Part shown: positions 31,585-51,770 of the stretch, piece after piece
How positions within the stretch are numbered: position 1 is the stretch's first letter
Layout: the number at the start of each line of letters is the position of its first letter
Origin: Eledone cirrhosa
Taxonomy: Eukaryota
Direction: 5' to 3'
DNA: 64,000 bases
Assembly (NCBI GenBank): GCA_964016885.1
Contig: OZ024746.1
Location: 51,708,001 to 51,772,000, forward strand
Program-made: the position numbers and the translations under genes
Notes under the pieces: generated by a model
The model's input: only the letters and a program-made list of their open reading frames with translations
Databases searched by the model: none
What the model was told of the DNA's origin: nothing

Positions 31585-33230
31585 GAAGCTAAAGAACTAG
31601 CTATTTCTTTAAAAATAGACAACCGGATTGAAAGCCTAGCTAAACGTAAAGAATATATTACCCTTAAAGACCATAAATTATACTTTACTAATCGACCTAG
31701 TTGTAGACTGATTAATCCGGCTAAATCCTAAGTTGGCCTTGCAAGTAAAAAAATCCTAAGGAAAATAATTCTCCAAATTAGAACTAACACTGACTTATCA
31801 CAATGGTTAAATACATCCTCTGTTATTTCTTGGTTTAATAATATACAAGGTAAAAATAAGTGTAGATTTACCCAATTTGATATTGTTGATTTTTACCCCT
31901 CTATTACTGTTTCCTTATTAACTAATGCCTTAGACTTTGCAAGACCTTTCATTAATATTTCTAAATTAGAAGAAGACATTATCTTTCATGCTAGAAAAAC
32001 TTTACTCTTTACTTACTAATGAAAGTATTTGGGTTAAAAAGTCAAACCCTGAAAACTCTTTTGATGTTGCAATGGGTTCATATGACAGTGCGGATGTGTG
32101 TGACTTAGTAGGATTATTCCTTCTCCACACCCTCAAAGAGAAATTTCCTTCCCATAATATCGGTTTATACCGTGACGACGGATTTGCAGTTTCTCATACC
32201 ACGAACGGCCATAACCTTGATAAATTCCGTAAAGATTTAATCAATACTTTTGCTTAAAATTACTATAGATACGAACCTTACCAATGCTAACTTTCTTGAC
32301 ATTAATCTTGATCTACTTACTGCCTCTTTTAAACCTTATCATAAACCTAACGAAAATCTTAGATATATACACAAAGAGTCTTGCCATCCCACTATAGTTT
32401 TTAAAAATCTTATTCCCAACATTAGCCGTAGGATTTCTACCTTATCTTCGTCTCTAGACATTTTTAATAAAGCCGCTCATTATAATAAAACCCTTAATAA
32501 CAGCGGATTTACAGAACAAATTAATTATTTACCTACCCCCCCCCCCCCTAAAACTAACCACAATAATAGGAAAAGGAAAATTATTTGGTTTACACCCCTT
32601 CTCTCTAACTGTCAAAACTAATGTAGGAAGGAAATTCCTTGACCTCTTAGATAAACATTTTCCTCCTAATCATAGATATTATAAGATATTTAATAGAAAT
32701 GTAGTTAAAATCAGTTACTCTTGCTGCCCATCAATGAAGTCTAAAATCACTAATTCCAATCGTACGAGAATAAATCCAGGATGCAGTTGCAGGAAGCCGG
32801 ATGAATGCCCATTACAGGGCAAATCTAACACCAAATCCGTTGTATATGAGGCAAAAGTGACACCTTTAATTAACAACCAGCCAGCCAGGAGTGAACGATA
32901 TGTTGGCATGACCCAGGACAGGTTTAAAACCAGGTTTTATGCACATGTCGCTTCTTTTAAACACTCCGATAAAAGAACAGCAACGGCTCTCGCAAATAAG
33001 GTGTGGGAATTCAAGGATAAAAACATCCCGTACTCTATCGATTGGTCTATTTTAGACCATTCGAGGGAGTAACAAAGGGGCACAAAGAATTGTTCTTTGT
33101 GTACCACTGAAAAATTTAGGATTTTACAAAACTTGAAAGTCACTTCAACTTGCCTGAACTCCAAGACCGAGATCTTCTGATGTAGTCCTCACCTGAAATC
33201 ACATCTGATCTATAACTGGATTGACATTCC
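31585..33230 (+). pseudogene. Penelope-like RT + GIY-YIG, with multiple frameshifts and stops
   Basis: ITLKDHK, QFDIVDFYPSI, MGSYDSADVCDLVG, GLYRDDG, FLDINLDL, CSCRKPDECPLQG, VVYEAKV..YVGMT..FKTRFYAH. Confidence 0.92.
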
Positions 33231-33474
33231 TACAATAACTCAACCACCTTGAACTTCTTCTCTGCTCTCTATGGCTTACATCCACTACGGTGTTTTTACC
33301 TTCTGAATTCACTTTCTGTACTCTTATATTCTTTTTCTCCCTTATCTCCCCTTATATTTAAACCTTTTCCTATGTCATTTATTTTCCTTATTTCCCCCCC
33401 TACTTTCTACCTTACCCTTCACATACCCACCTTTTTTATTTTTAGATATTTATTTCTGTGTGTGTGTGTTGCGC

Positions 33475-33515
<41 letters not shown>

Positions 33516-33605
33516 GATATGTATGTCTGTATGTATGTTTATATATCTGTATGTATATGTATGTATATAATTGTATTTTATATGCTTCTGTTGTATTTGT
33601 GTGTG

Positions 33606-33653
<48 letters not shown>

Positions 33654-33673
33654 CACACACACAAATAAACACG

Positions 33674-33704
<31 letters not shown>

Positions 33705-33868
33705 TGTGTGTGTGTGTGCGTGTGTTTATCTGTGTGTGTGTATTTTTATAAATTTGTTTTTGTGTGTATATATATAATAGCCTCAGAAACGGCTTGAGCT
33801 CTGCCGTGGGGTCATACTTATTCCTATATGTGTATATATATACGTATATGTATGTATGTGTATGTATA

Positions 33869-33916
<48 letters not shown>

Positions 33917-34159
33917 TGTATATGTATGTATATGCATAATTATATACAGTGATTTAATGCTTATTTTCACTGATCATTTGCTTCAGGAAATTGTTGAGTG
34001 CTCTAAATCAGCTATAAACATTTGTATCCTTTTCTAATTATTTATTTATTTATTATTTGTCGTATTCCCAACTTTTTATTTTTATATATATATAATATTT
34101 ATGTATTTTCTTATATATATATGTGTGTGTGTGTGTGTATATAAGTGTGTGTATATATA

Positions 34160-34220
<61 letters not shown>

Positions 34221-34221
<1 letters not shown>

Positions 34222-34412
34222 TTTTAATATAGATGAGATTCTACAGGACTAGAACTGTTTCATTCTTTAGAAATCATCAGGAATCCTGATGATTTCTAAA
34301 GAAGGAAACAGTTCTAGTCCTGTATAATCTCATCTATATTAAAACATTTATACTCTGCTATGTATTGAGTACCTAACTTACTGTGGTTACCTCCGATTCA
34401 ACCCGGAATAAC
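34221..34412. mobile_element. Tiny palindromic element made of two head-to-head HHR cores plus a tail
   Basis: 125-bp palindrome at 34221-34345 with CTGATGA..GAAAcagttc on both strands. Relatives at 51820-51998, 52392-52583 and 61932-61990. Confidence 0.75.
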
Positions 34413-34467
<55 letters not shown>

Positions 34468-34955
34468 TTAATCAAGGTTCACATCTAAGAATGAGTTTTA
34501 CACACATACATATGTGTGCATATGTATTTGTATGTATGTGTCTGTGCATATGTATGTATATGTATGTGTATATATGTGTATATATGTATATATGTATATA
34601 TGTGTGTGTGTGTATGTATATGTGTATGTGTATAGGTATATGTATATGTGTGTGTGTGTATGTATTTATTTTTACGTATGTGTATGTGCAATTGTGTCTA
34701 TTGCTTACCACGTGTGTTTGTTCATTTATTTGTTGCCTGTATCGCTGACAACTTTATAATAATTTTTATATTCATTGTTATTCTTATGTGACGGTATTTT
34801 TATTATTATATTTTTCTTATAATTATTTGTGCGTGTTCGTATGTAGGTGTGTGTACATATATCTATATTTGTGCATGCGTATGCATGCGTGTATACATGT
34901 GTGTATGTATGTGTGTGTATGTACGTGTGTTTATATATGTATGATTGTTTGTATG

Positions 34956-34986
<31 letters not shown>

Positions 34987-35303
34987 GCATGTGTGTGTGT
35001 GTGTGCGTGTTTGTGTATTTGTGTGTATGTGTATGTATGGATATGTTGATATATATGTGTGTATGTATGTATGTGCATATGTATGTGTATGTATATATAT
35101 ATATATATATATACATATATATGTGTGTGTGTGTATGTGTGCGTGTATATGTGTGTGTATGTATATATGTGTGTGTGTATGTAATTGTGTGTGTGTGTAC
35201 ATGTGTGTTTATTTTTCCTTTCCTTCTTCCTTTTCCAGCCTCACTTTCATATAGATTATATTTTTGTTTTAAAATCCAATGTCAATAAATACACCAGGAT
35301 TTG

Positions 35304-35346
35304 TTCATTCTGATGATTGAAAGCAAAATTTGTTTGCTTTTAAGAA
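35304..35346 (+). ncRNA. Hammerhead-like motif lacking helix II
   Basis: CTGATGA tt GAAA gcaaa-atttg-tttgc TT; helix I is weak. Confidence 0.5.
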
Positions 35347-35482
35347 ACCACTGGTAAATGAAATAATTGCCTAATGTTGTTTATTACATAACTATATATA
35401 TATATATATATATATACGAGCTGAAGGTAAAACAATTGTTCTCGGTATGGTGAACTAACTGTTGTGTTGCCACTTCTCTCCA

Positions 35483-35525
<43 letters not shown>

Positions 35526-35540
35526 ACACAACAGACACGT

Positions 35541-35593
<53 letters not shown>

Positions 35594-35596
35594 GAC

Positions 35597-35629
<33 letters not shown>

Positions 35630-35689
35630 TTTATATATATACATATACACACGTATATATATGGGCCTTCCACTTTTATTTCACATTAT

Positions 35690-35851
35690 AGGGTAGGATA
35701 TGCTTTCCAGCATAGTTACGTCCCTTTACAATCTGAGTTCAATTCCCGCCGAGGTTTACTTTGCCTTTCATCCTTACGGGGTCGATAAAATAAAGTACCA
35801 GTAATGTACTGGGATAATTGCTGGCCTTGTGCCAAAAGTAGAAACAATTAT
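35690..35851 (+). mobile_element. Octopus-type tRNA-derived SINE
   Basis: gagttcaattcccgccgagg..ttgcctttcatccttacggggtcgataaaataaagtaccag; five copies in the window. Confidence 0.85.
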
Positions 35852-35914
35852 ATACATGTCTGCGTATATTTTAATTATTTAAAAATTACTTTTAACATGA
35901 TTTTTTTAAGTGAA

Positions 35915-35943
35915 CGTGACCCTATAGGGCACGGGTGGTCTAG
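35915..35943 (+). mobile_element. Helitron-like 3' terminus
   Basis: GC hairpin cgtgaccc-tata-gggcacg, a 6-nt spacer, then CTAG followed by T. Confidence 0.5.
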
Positions 35944-35973
35944 TATTACCTAAAAATATGTGGAATCTGTGTC

Positions 35974-36160
35974 AAAATACGAGGATCTTCAAAGCGAAAT
36001 AAGCAGGATGTGGGACATATATAAAGGTGTCAATAATGGAAAAAAATAATACCTTGTATAAATCTGGAACAACAGGTAAGTGGTGCATGGAGGTAAACAC
36101 CGTGCAAATAATAATTGAAATAACATCTATGATAAAATTAGAACAGGTATGTGGTGTTAG
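35974..36160 (+). pseudogene. R4/Dong-like LINE C-terminal fragment
   Basis: KYEDLQSEISRMWDI resembles KY.DL..EI.RMW of RLE LINEs. Confidence 0.55.
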
Positions 36161-36511
36161 AAGGTAAAAATCGCGCCAAAAAAGCAACTATAGTTGAATT
36201 TTATAATTTTATACTCGAAATATGACGGAGAATGTTAGTCAACCATCAACAAGAATAGTATCGCACACCTAATGTAAATCTGACCATAGCATCATACATC
36301 ATATATCATACATTAACTACGTCTTACAAGCTTTTCTACATCACATTTATCTTACTGGACAAATCGGTATTGTTTACTTACAGTCTATCGTATACACACA
36401 CAAATATATATATATATGTATGTATGTAAAAGGTAAACAGAAATAACAACACAATCGGTACAGTATATGGAAGGGATATATTAGGTTAACGCCTAATATA
36501 GCAGGAAGAGG

Positions 36512-36547
36512 GCTTAACGTTTCGGACGCTAGCCCTTCATCAGAAGA
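36512..36547 (-). ncRNA. Minimal hammerhead motif in a ~210-bp solo pLTR-like island (36425-36640)
   Basis: ctt CTGATGA a gggc-tagc-gtcc GAAA cGTT aag. Confidence 0.7.
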
Positions 36548-36637
36548 AAGAATGAGAAATAAGATAGATTGAGAGGACGGTCTGGTTGGAATTGAAAAAA
36601 AATGTCTTTAGATAAAAATAACTGGTCCATTCATGTT

Positions 36638-36714
<77 letters not shown>

Positions 36715-36845
36715 AACCACTGACCCTCCATCTCAACTCTACTTTTGAAAAGCAGAAGAACTGCGAAACCGGTAAAGGAACCAAATAAATATATATATTT
36801 AAAAAAAAAAAGACTGCAGTTGCATTTTCGATTTCATCTTTTTTT

Positions 36846-36901
<56 letters not shown>

Positions 36902-37099
36902 GTAGAAGAATGAGAATTCAACGCAAGGAAGCTGTTAGAACAGCAAAATGCCGTCAATGACAGCGTCGGCTTTAAAGTTACCTCAAATGATAGAAATCAG
37001 CGGCTAGAACTGTGTTGACCCGCAGAAATGATAGGAAGGAAGGGGTAAAGAAAGAAAATGGACGATAGAAAATCACACAACCATGTATATACATCATCA

Positions 37100-37830
37100 A
37101 CATTAAGACCGGCTGTGATCACCGTGATATATAAGGCTGAGGCCACTTTGACCCAACTAAACCAGAATCAACGTGGGAATATGGGAAGACTGATTTAAAA
37201 ACCACTTCCTAAACTACATGACGACCTTCAAATATCCGGAAAAAGGAGCAAACACTAAACTTGCAAGCCATGTGTTGACTCTTAAAGATAATGACACTAA
37301 TTTCGTCCTTAAATGGAAGATTCTATATACAGGGTTCGTTTTCATGCCAATTTTGTACGTCTAGAAAGTTACACAACTCCACTAACTGTCTAAATACGTG
37401 GGCAGATTTCTTCAATTGCTGCCTCTACATCCTCAAATTCTTCCTAAAGAGCTGGAAAAATCCACCTTAGCCAAATTAAGAGAACACTAACAACACCAAT
37501 CACTCTCACTGACCACCGATATCACATATCTCCTTCAACATAGACCCCTCTCTGCAAACAATTTAATATTATTTTCTCGTAGAATTCTTTCTTTACTACT
37601 TTCTTTTACCACTCGATATATCTAATCAACCCTCTCTTTATATTTATTACTCTATTTCCTTTTTAGAAACTCTATCACACCCAAGGAAAACGAGAATAAA
37701 CACTATAGAACATTGTAAATAAAGACTGATGATTTGGGACCGATTCAGAAATATCTAAAATGGGCAGCTAAAGAAACATGTGTACTTAAATAACAGCAAA
37801 TTAAGTGTAATAAATATCGGTTTACCCCCT
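37100..37830 (+). mobile_element. Old PLE GIY-YIG remnant with 3'UTR and a degenerate HHR (about 37722-37760)
   Basis: VIYKAEAT..FKNHFLNY..TFKYPEK..TKLASHV..LKD..LKWKIL, and CTGATGA..GAAA. Confidence 0.7.
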
Positions 37831-37963
<133 letters not shown>

Positions 37964-38275
37964 TGTGTACTTAAATAACAGCAAATTTAGTGTAATAAAT
38001 ATCGTTATACTACTACCCATATACACAGACATATATTAGTAGTTTTCCTATTATTCTTTGCTTTTCCCCAAAATGCCCGGATGACTGATCACACACATGT
38101 TCCAATTGTTTTTCGCTCAATTCCTCTTCACACTCACCTCTATTTTTCAATTTCTTCTTTGATTTTTCATTCTATATTCTGAAGAAACATAAAGACACTT
38201 TTCCTACTATATAAAGCGTTTGTTTGCTTCGCTGTCCGTTTCGTTTCACATGCATATGCATTTACATTATATCTA

Positions 38276-38308
<33 letters not shown>

Positions 38309-38607
38309 CTTAAGGCTTTCTCTGTTAATGTATTAAATATATATATATATATTTAATACGATTTTACTAAACTTCCATTTGTATATATATATACAAATGA
38401 AAGTTTAGTAAAATCGAAGTTTTGGCTATGGCCAAGCTAACGATATACAATCGGGAATGTGCAGCAAAGCACTCGATAAGGTTGCGTGACCTAAATGTAA
38501 TAACATACGTTAGAAAGCTTGACAAATTGAAAATTGCGACCGGTGACCCAGTCACATGGACCAAAGCAACGAGAAAACCAAATCAGGTAATATATATATA
38601 TATATAT

Positions 38608-38906
38608 AATTAAGTTAAAAAATGTACATCCACATATGTATACTGAAATACTAGTATGCATATGAATACACACACGTGTACATATGTAGATGTACCGAGT
38701 TTTTCACTGGACACTTTACTGGACACGAAAACCAGTATGACTCTAAAAACCGGTTTGTCTGTGTGTTTACATACAGAATAGCTGGACACTCACAGTAAAG
38801 TGTCCAGTGAAAAACTCGGTACATCTACATATGTACACGTGTGTGTATTCATATGCATACTAGTATTTCAGTATACATATGTGGATGTACATTTTTTAAC
38901 TTAATT
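38608..38906. repeat. Fold-back with ~113-bp apparently perfect inverted arms
   Basis: 38608-38720 versus 38794-38906. Confidence 0.9.
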
Positions 38907-38972
38907 GTTTAAGCGTCAGTCATACAAAAGTGAGTTACAAACGAAACGAAATTTAATTTCGTTTCGTTATTT

Positions 38973-39048
<76 letters not shown>

Positions 39049-39065
39049 ATTTATATATATATATA

Positions 39066-42574
<3,509 letters not shown>

Positions 42575-42820
42575 AATGTAAGTATGCATGTATACGTACA
42601 TACATATATGTATACAGACGTACAGTAGCATGCACATATATATATATATTTATACATATATACATACATATGCATACAGGTACACATACATATATGCACG
42701 TATCAGTTTAGCGGCGCTAACGTCGCTTTGTTCGTTTGTAAACAAACTGAACAGCCTGAATTTATGCCATACGGTGTTAAGGCAACCACGTCACCTTTTT
42801 GTTCAACACTGACACAGGAA

Positions 42821-42861
42821 CGATGTACTAGTTTCAAGCTTGTTAGCTATCATCAGCACCG
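42821..42861 (-). ncRNA. Type I hammerhead ribozyme (monomer 1)
   Basis: cggtg CTGATGA t-agct-aaca-agct-t GAAA ctaGTA catcg. Confidence 0.85.
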
Positions 42862-43285
42862 TTTACCCATGTGCCAGATAGTTGAACGTTCGAAAGTATA
42901 TACTTTCCTTATGAAAATTAACGGCTGAGCAGCCTAATTTGCATATTGAGTGAGTTAAATCGGTCAGGCATACCGAAAACGATAAATTGAAACAAAATGA
43001 AAACGAAATTCATTTCTCACTCTTAGTATGGCACTTACTTAAATGTAAGTATGCATGTATACGTACATACATATATGTATACAGACGTACAGTAGCATGC
43101 ACATATATATATATATATACATATATACATACATATGCATACAGGTTCACATACATATATGCACGTATCAGTTTAGCGGCGCTAACGTCGCTTTGTTCGT
43201 TTGTAAACAAACTGAACAGCCTGAATTTATGCCATACGGTGTTAAGGCAACCACGTCACCTTTTTGTTCAACACTGACACAGGAA

Positions 43286-43326
43286 CGATGTACTAGTTTC
43301 AAGCTTGTTAGCTATCATCAGCACCG
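43286..43326 (-). ncRNA. Type I hammerhead ribozyme (monomer 2)
   Basis: Identical to 42821-42861. Confidence 0.85.
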
Positions 43327-43754
43327 TTTACCCATCTGCCAGATAGTTGAACGTTCGAAAGTATATACTTTCCTTATGAAAATTAACGGCTGAGCAGCCT
43401 AATTTGCATATTGAGTGAGTTAAATCGGTCAGGCATACCGAAAACGATAAATTGAAACAAAATGAAAACGAAATTTCATTTCTCACTCTTAGTATGGCAC
43501 TTACTTAAATGTAAGTATGCATGTATACGTACATACATATATGTATACAGACGTACAGTAGCATGCACATATATATATATATATATATACATATATACAT
43601 ACATATGCATACAGGTACACATACATATATGCACGTATCAGTTTAGCGGCGCTAACGTCGCTTTGTTCGTTTGTAAACAAACTGAACAGCCTGAATTTAT
43701 GCCATACGGTGTTAAGGCAACACGTCACCTTTTTGTTCAACACTGACACAGGAA

Positions 43755-43795
43755 CGATGTACTAGTTTCAAGCTTGTTAGCTATCATCAGCACCG
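43755..43795 (-). ncRNA. Type I hammerhead ribozyme (monomer 3)
   Basis: Identical to 42821-42861. Confidence 0.85.
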
Positions 43796-44134
43796 TTTAC
43801 CCATCTGCCAGATAGTTGAACGTTCGAAAGTATATACTTTCCTTATGAAAATTAACGGCTGAGCAGCCTAATTTGCACATTGAGTGAGTTAAATCGGTCA
43901 GGCATACCGAAAACGATAAATTGAAACAAAATGAAAACGAAATTTCATTTTTTCATTTTTTCATTTCATTTCATTTAGCGCCGCTAAACTGATACGTGCA
44001 TATATGTATGTGTACCTGTATGCATATGTATGTATATATGTATATATATATATATATATGTGCATGCTACTGTACGTCTGTATACATATATGTATGTACG
44101 TATACATGCATACTTACATATATATATATATATT

Positions 44135-44189
<55 letters not shown>

Positions 44190-44190
44190 T

Positions 44191-44227
<37 letters not shown>

Positions 44228-44228
44228 T

Positions 44229-44289
<61 letters not shown>

Positions 44290-44292
44290 TTA

Positions 44293-44323
<31 letters not shown>

Positions 44324-44324
44324 T

Positions 44325-44377
<53 letters not shown>

Positions 44378-44380
44378 ATA

Positions 44381-44425
<45 letters not shown>

Positions 44426-44448
44426 TTATATATATTTATATTTATATT

Positions 44449-44503
<55 letters not shown>

Positions 44504-44506
44504 ATT

Positions 44507-44539
<33 letters not shown>

Positions 44540-44540
44540 T

Positions 44541-44594
<54 letters not shown>

Positions 44595-44669
44595 TATATA
44601 TATATATATATTTATATATATATACTATATATATATATTTATATATATATATATATTTATATATATATT

Positions 44670-44708
<39 letters not shown>

Positions 44709-44887
44709 ATATTTATATAGCGGCGATGAATTAGTTTTGCGAGTAAGTTAGATCGCAGATATATATATATATAAAAGACAGCGAGAGCGAAAACCAACCA
44801 AACAGTGAGTGTGTTCTGTTATTAACTCTGGCAATATTACGCAAATATGACCCTCCCCAAATATAACAATATATTTATATATATATT

Positions 44888-44918
<31 letters not shown>

Positions 44919-44931
44919 ATTTATATATATT

Positions 44932-44967
<36 letters not shown>

Positions 44968-44976
44968 AATAAATAT

Positions 44977-45035
<59 letters not shown>

Positions 45036-45036
45036 A

Positions 45037-45091
<55 letters not shown>

Positions 45092-45092
45092 A

Positions 45093-45171
<79 letters not shown>

Positions 45172-45234
45172 AATATAAATATAAATATATATATATATAA
45201 ATATAAATATAAATATATATATATAAGTAAATAT

Positions 45235-45289
<55 letters not shown>

Positions 45290-45290
45290 A

Positions 45291-45321
<31 letters not shown>

Positions 45322-45334
45322 TAAATATAAATAA

Positions 45335-45382
<48 letters not shown>

Positions 45383-45383
45383 A

Positions 45384-45414
<31 letters not shown>

Positions 45415-45428
45415 TTATATAAATATAT

Positions 45429-45460
<32 letters not shown>

Positions 45461-45734
45461 ACAATATATAGAGTCCTTGCGAGGTCTGCCGACTTATCAA
45501 GAGGATACCTAATTTTATTACTAATTATATCTAAATGTTTCTTCTCTCCTCATAATGTATTTTTAACTCTGATACTGGTTCAGTCTGGTTCAAACTGAAT
45601 TGGTCTGTCCCAGTCATTCATTGAGCAACATCGGTGAAGTTGGCACCCTTAACTCACAGTTGGGTGCGGATGCATTCATGTATATATGTGTGTGTCCGCA
45701 TGTATCTGTGTGTTTCTAAATATATATATATATT

Positions 45735-46019
<285 letters not shown>

Positions 46020-46336
46020 CGTTTCTGAATTGTGTGTGACAGCACGGAGGACCTCCTCAGCAGAATCGACGCGGGTAACCGATCTGGGGACCTAACAAAC
46101 TGCATAATAGGCAGTATGGATGTTGTGTCCCTGTATCCATCTATTGACGTGGATTTTGCTGTGGAGAAATGCGTCGAAATGATCAGCGAGAGCAAGGTTG
46201 AGTTCCGTGGATTGATACCACTGAGCTGGGACTTCTACTTAAGCTTACCCATAGTAATAGTTACCTAGACACTTATGACCTTAGCAACCTGTGCCCTACA
46301 AGACCAGCAAGAGGCAGACCACCTACCATTACCTCA

Positions 46337-47770
46337 ATGGCCAAGAAAACCCACACAGATAGATGGAACGGGTGGACCAGAGCCATACGGACACCCGAAA
46401 ACCACGATGAACTGAAGAAAATGATTGCACATGCGGTAGGGGCCAGCATAAAATTAACCCTTAAGGAACATATGTTCAAATTTAATGGTAAAACATATGC
46501 CCAAGAGGAAGGAGCAGCCATTGGTGTTAGCATTGCAGGCGACATAGCTAACTTGTTCATGGTATGGTGGGACAGTAGACTTAAACAAAAACTTAAAGAA
46601 CAATTAGAAGACAGATTAACCCTGATAATGTACTCCCGCTACGTAGATGATATAAACATCGTAGTTAAGACACCCCCACTAAAGAACAGTCAGGAACCTG
46701 AGAAAAACACAATGGAAAGCATCCAGCAAATAGCAAACTCCATCCACCAGAGCATTAGAGTTACTATAGACTACCCAAGTAGACACCCCAACCATCGATT
46801 ACCTGTACTAGACACAGAGCTCTGGTTAGATACTATTAACAACCAAAAACAAATCCTCCATTCCCATTATGCCAAACCCATGACTTCCAAACATCTGATC
46901 CACCGAAACTCGGCCATTTCGGACCATACCAAAATCAACATACTGATTGCGGATTTGATACGGGTGATGAGAAATGTGTCCCGCATGTGCAACCCCGAAG
47001 AACTAGAGAGACACATACAACACTTCATCCACCGTATGCAATTCTCTGGCTACAATCAGAGAGATAGAATCAGAGTGTATAAAGGAGCCAGAACCAAATG
47101 GGAAAAAATGGTAAATAATGACATAAATGGGACCTGCCCCTTGTATAGGAGCAAATTTTGGAATAGAATAGAAAGAACTAAGAACAAGGCCAATAGAATA
47201 AACTCATGGTATGATAGCAATAAATACCAGAGTGTAATGTTCATCAATACAACCCCTAGAGGTGAACTAGCCTACAAATTTAGAAGGGCCCTAAAGAAAC
47301 ATAATCTCAATATTAAGATAGTAGAAAGACCTGGTACCTCCGTAAAAACACTTATTAGCAAGACATACCCGTTCCAAAGACCCTCATGTATAGATAAGAA
47401 ATGTATAACCTGTAAAATAAGCCCCCATATTAACTGTAAAACTAGAAATGTAGTATATAGCATAAGATGTACTGAGGGACAATGTAGAAACAAAAATATA
47501 GTGTACATAGGTGAGACAGCTCGTAGTATAGGGGAACGAATAAATGAACACTGGCGAGACCTCCAAGATAGTAAAGAATCATCTGTGCTCTACCAACATG
47601 CTAAGATAGAACACAGGGGTAAATTAGAGAGCATAGAAATAAAAATAGAATCCACACACAAGAAAGACGCAATGTTTAGGCAAATTACAGAGGCAGTAAG
47701 CATAAAAGAATTAAAACCAAAATTAAATAGAAAATATGAGTGGAACAGCAACATCACAACTTACAATTAA
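46337..47770 (+). CDS. Penelope-like RT (C-terminal part) + Cys linker + GIY-YIG endonuclease
   Basis: QEEGAAIG, RYVDD, LPVLD, HYAKP, C-x4-C-x2-C linker, VVYSIRC..YIGETAR..ERINEH, RQITEA, LNRK. An upstream frameshift makes it likely non-functional. Confidence 0.9.
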   Translation: MAKKTHTDRWNGWTRAIRTPENHDELKKMIAHAVGASIKLTLKEHMFKFNGKTYAQEEGAAIGVSIAGDIANLFMVWWDSRLKQKLKEQLEDRLTLIMYSRYVDDINIVVKTPPLKNSQEPEKNTMESIQQIANSIHQSIRVTIDYPSRHPNHRLPVLDTELWLDTINNQKQILHSHYAKPMTSKHLIHRNSAISDHTKINILIADLIRVMRNVSRMCNPEELERHIQHFIHRMQFSGYNQRDRIRVYKGARTKWEKMVNNDINGTCPLYRSKFWNRIERTKNKANRINSWYDSNKYQSVMFINTTPRGELAYKFRRALKKHNLNIKIVERPGTSVKTLISKTYPFQRPSCIDKKCITCKISPHINCKTRNVVYSIRCTEGQCRNKNIVYIGETARSIGERINEHWRDLQDSKESSVLYQHAKIEHRGKLESIEIKIESTHKKDAMFRQITEAVSIKELKPKLNRKYEWNSNITTYN

Positions 47771-47989
47771 GGACAAAATGAAAACACACACACACATAGA
47801 ACAAACAACCAACCAACAATAAATAAATAAATAAACAAACAAATATAAATAGAAAAATAGAAAAATGAACACAAACACACACAGACACCCGGATGTGGCG
47901 CATGCGCAAACTGAGCACGCAACCCACACACAAACAAAATGGCGTAGGATAGAAGAAAGGAAAGGCACAGAAACGAAGAAAGAAATCCC

Positions 47990-48034
47990 AGTCACTGAAG
48001 AGGTCACAGAGTGTGTGACGAAAGAACTATGACT
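47990..48034 (+). ncRNA. Type I hammerhead ribozyme motif
   Basis: agtca CTGAAGA g gtcaca-gagtg-tgtgac GAAA gaaCTA tgact. Confidence 0.78.
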
Positions 48035-48199
48035 ATATATATATAAACAACTATCTGGTTGTGGAACCAACCAACCAACCAGAAATTTATAAATTTGTAA
48101 ATTTATAATATATATTAAATTAAATTGAAGTGAAAGCAACTGGTGCGTGTGTTTCTTATTGGCAACATGACCCTCCCAAAGTATAACAATATATATATA

Positions 48200-48296
<97 letters not shown>

Positions 48297-48299
48297 ATT

Positions 48300-48350
<51 letters not shown>

Positions 48351-48355
48351 ATTTA

Positions 48356-48454
<99 letters not shown>

Positions 48455-48468
48455 TATATATATATATT

Positions 48469-51155
<2,687 letters not shown>

Positions 51156-51156
51156 A

Positions 51157-51770
51157 ATGTATATATAGTGTATTTTACAATACACTGTATGCTTAATTAA
51201 AAGCATTTCGAAGACCTTATGCTATTGATTTAGAGTAGAGACAGTCTCACTTACTTTAAATTTTCAGCAAAGAGGGGAGATAAAGCTAACAGAGCTCGCT
51301 TTCGCACTTTTTGGTGCTTATCAAAGCTAACTACTCCACCTGTTTGCTGAAAATCATGAATGTTTGATTCTTATAGAATTCTAACATACAGTGTATTGCA
51401 AAATACACTATATATACATTCATATATATATCGCTATTTCAGAGCACCAATTCTAATTTTCAATTTCTGCTTGACCGGCAACCGCTCTGTATAATCAGTT
51501 CCTGATTATTACTAGAATTCTATAAGAATCAAACATTCATCATTTTCAGCAAACAGGTAGAATAGTTAGCTTTGATAAGCACCAAAAAGTGCGAAACAGA
51601 GCTCTGTCAGCTTTATCTCCCCTGTTTGCTGAAAATTTAAAGTAAGTGAGACTGTCACTACTCTAAAACAATAGCATAAGGTCTTCGAAATGCTTTTAAT
51701 TAAGCATACAGTGTATTGCAAAATACACTATATATACATTCATATATATATCGCTATTTCAGAGCACTAA

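Larger units (their letters stand above)
29562..35395 (+). mobile_element. Decayed PLE (Hydra-like) at 31585-35395 with inverted 5' pLTR copy at 29562-31584; each arm carries a nested insertion
   Basis: 34081-35395 is the reverse complement of 29625-31584 once insertions 29962-30868 and 34221-34412 are removed. Confidence 0.85.
42574..44117 (-). mobile_element. Retrozyme-like tandem array: ~3 monomers of 465-469 bp, one HHR each, plus a terminal inverted partial copy
   Basis: Units start at about 42574, 43041 and 43508. 43975-44117 is the reverse complement of 42577-42720. Confidence 0.85.

Noticed and set aside
33965-34010. HHR-like CTGATCA..GAAA (also CTGAAGA at 38178)
   Set aside because: The core is mutated or incomplete and there are no convincing helices.
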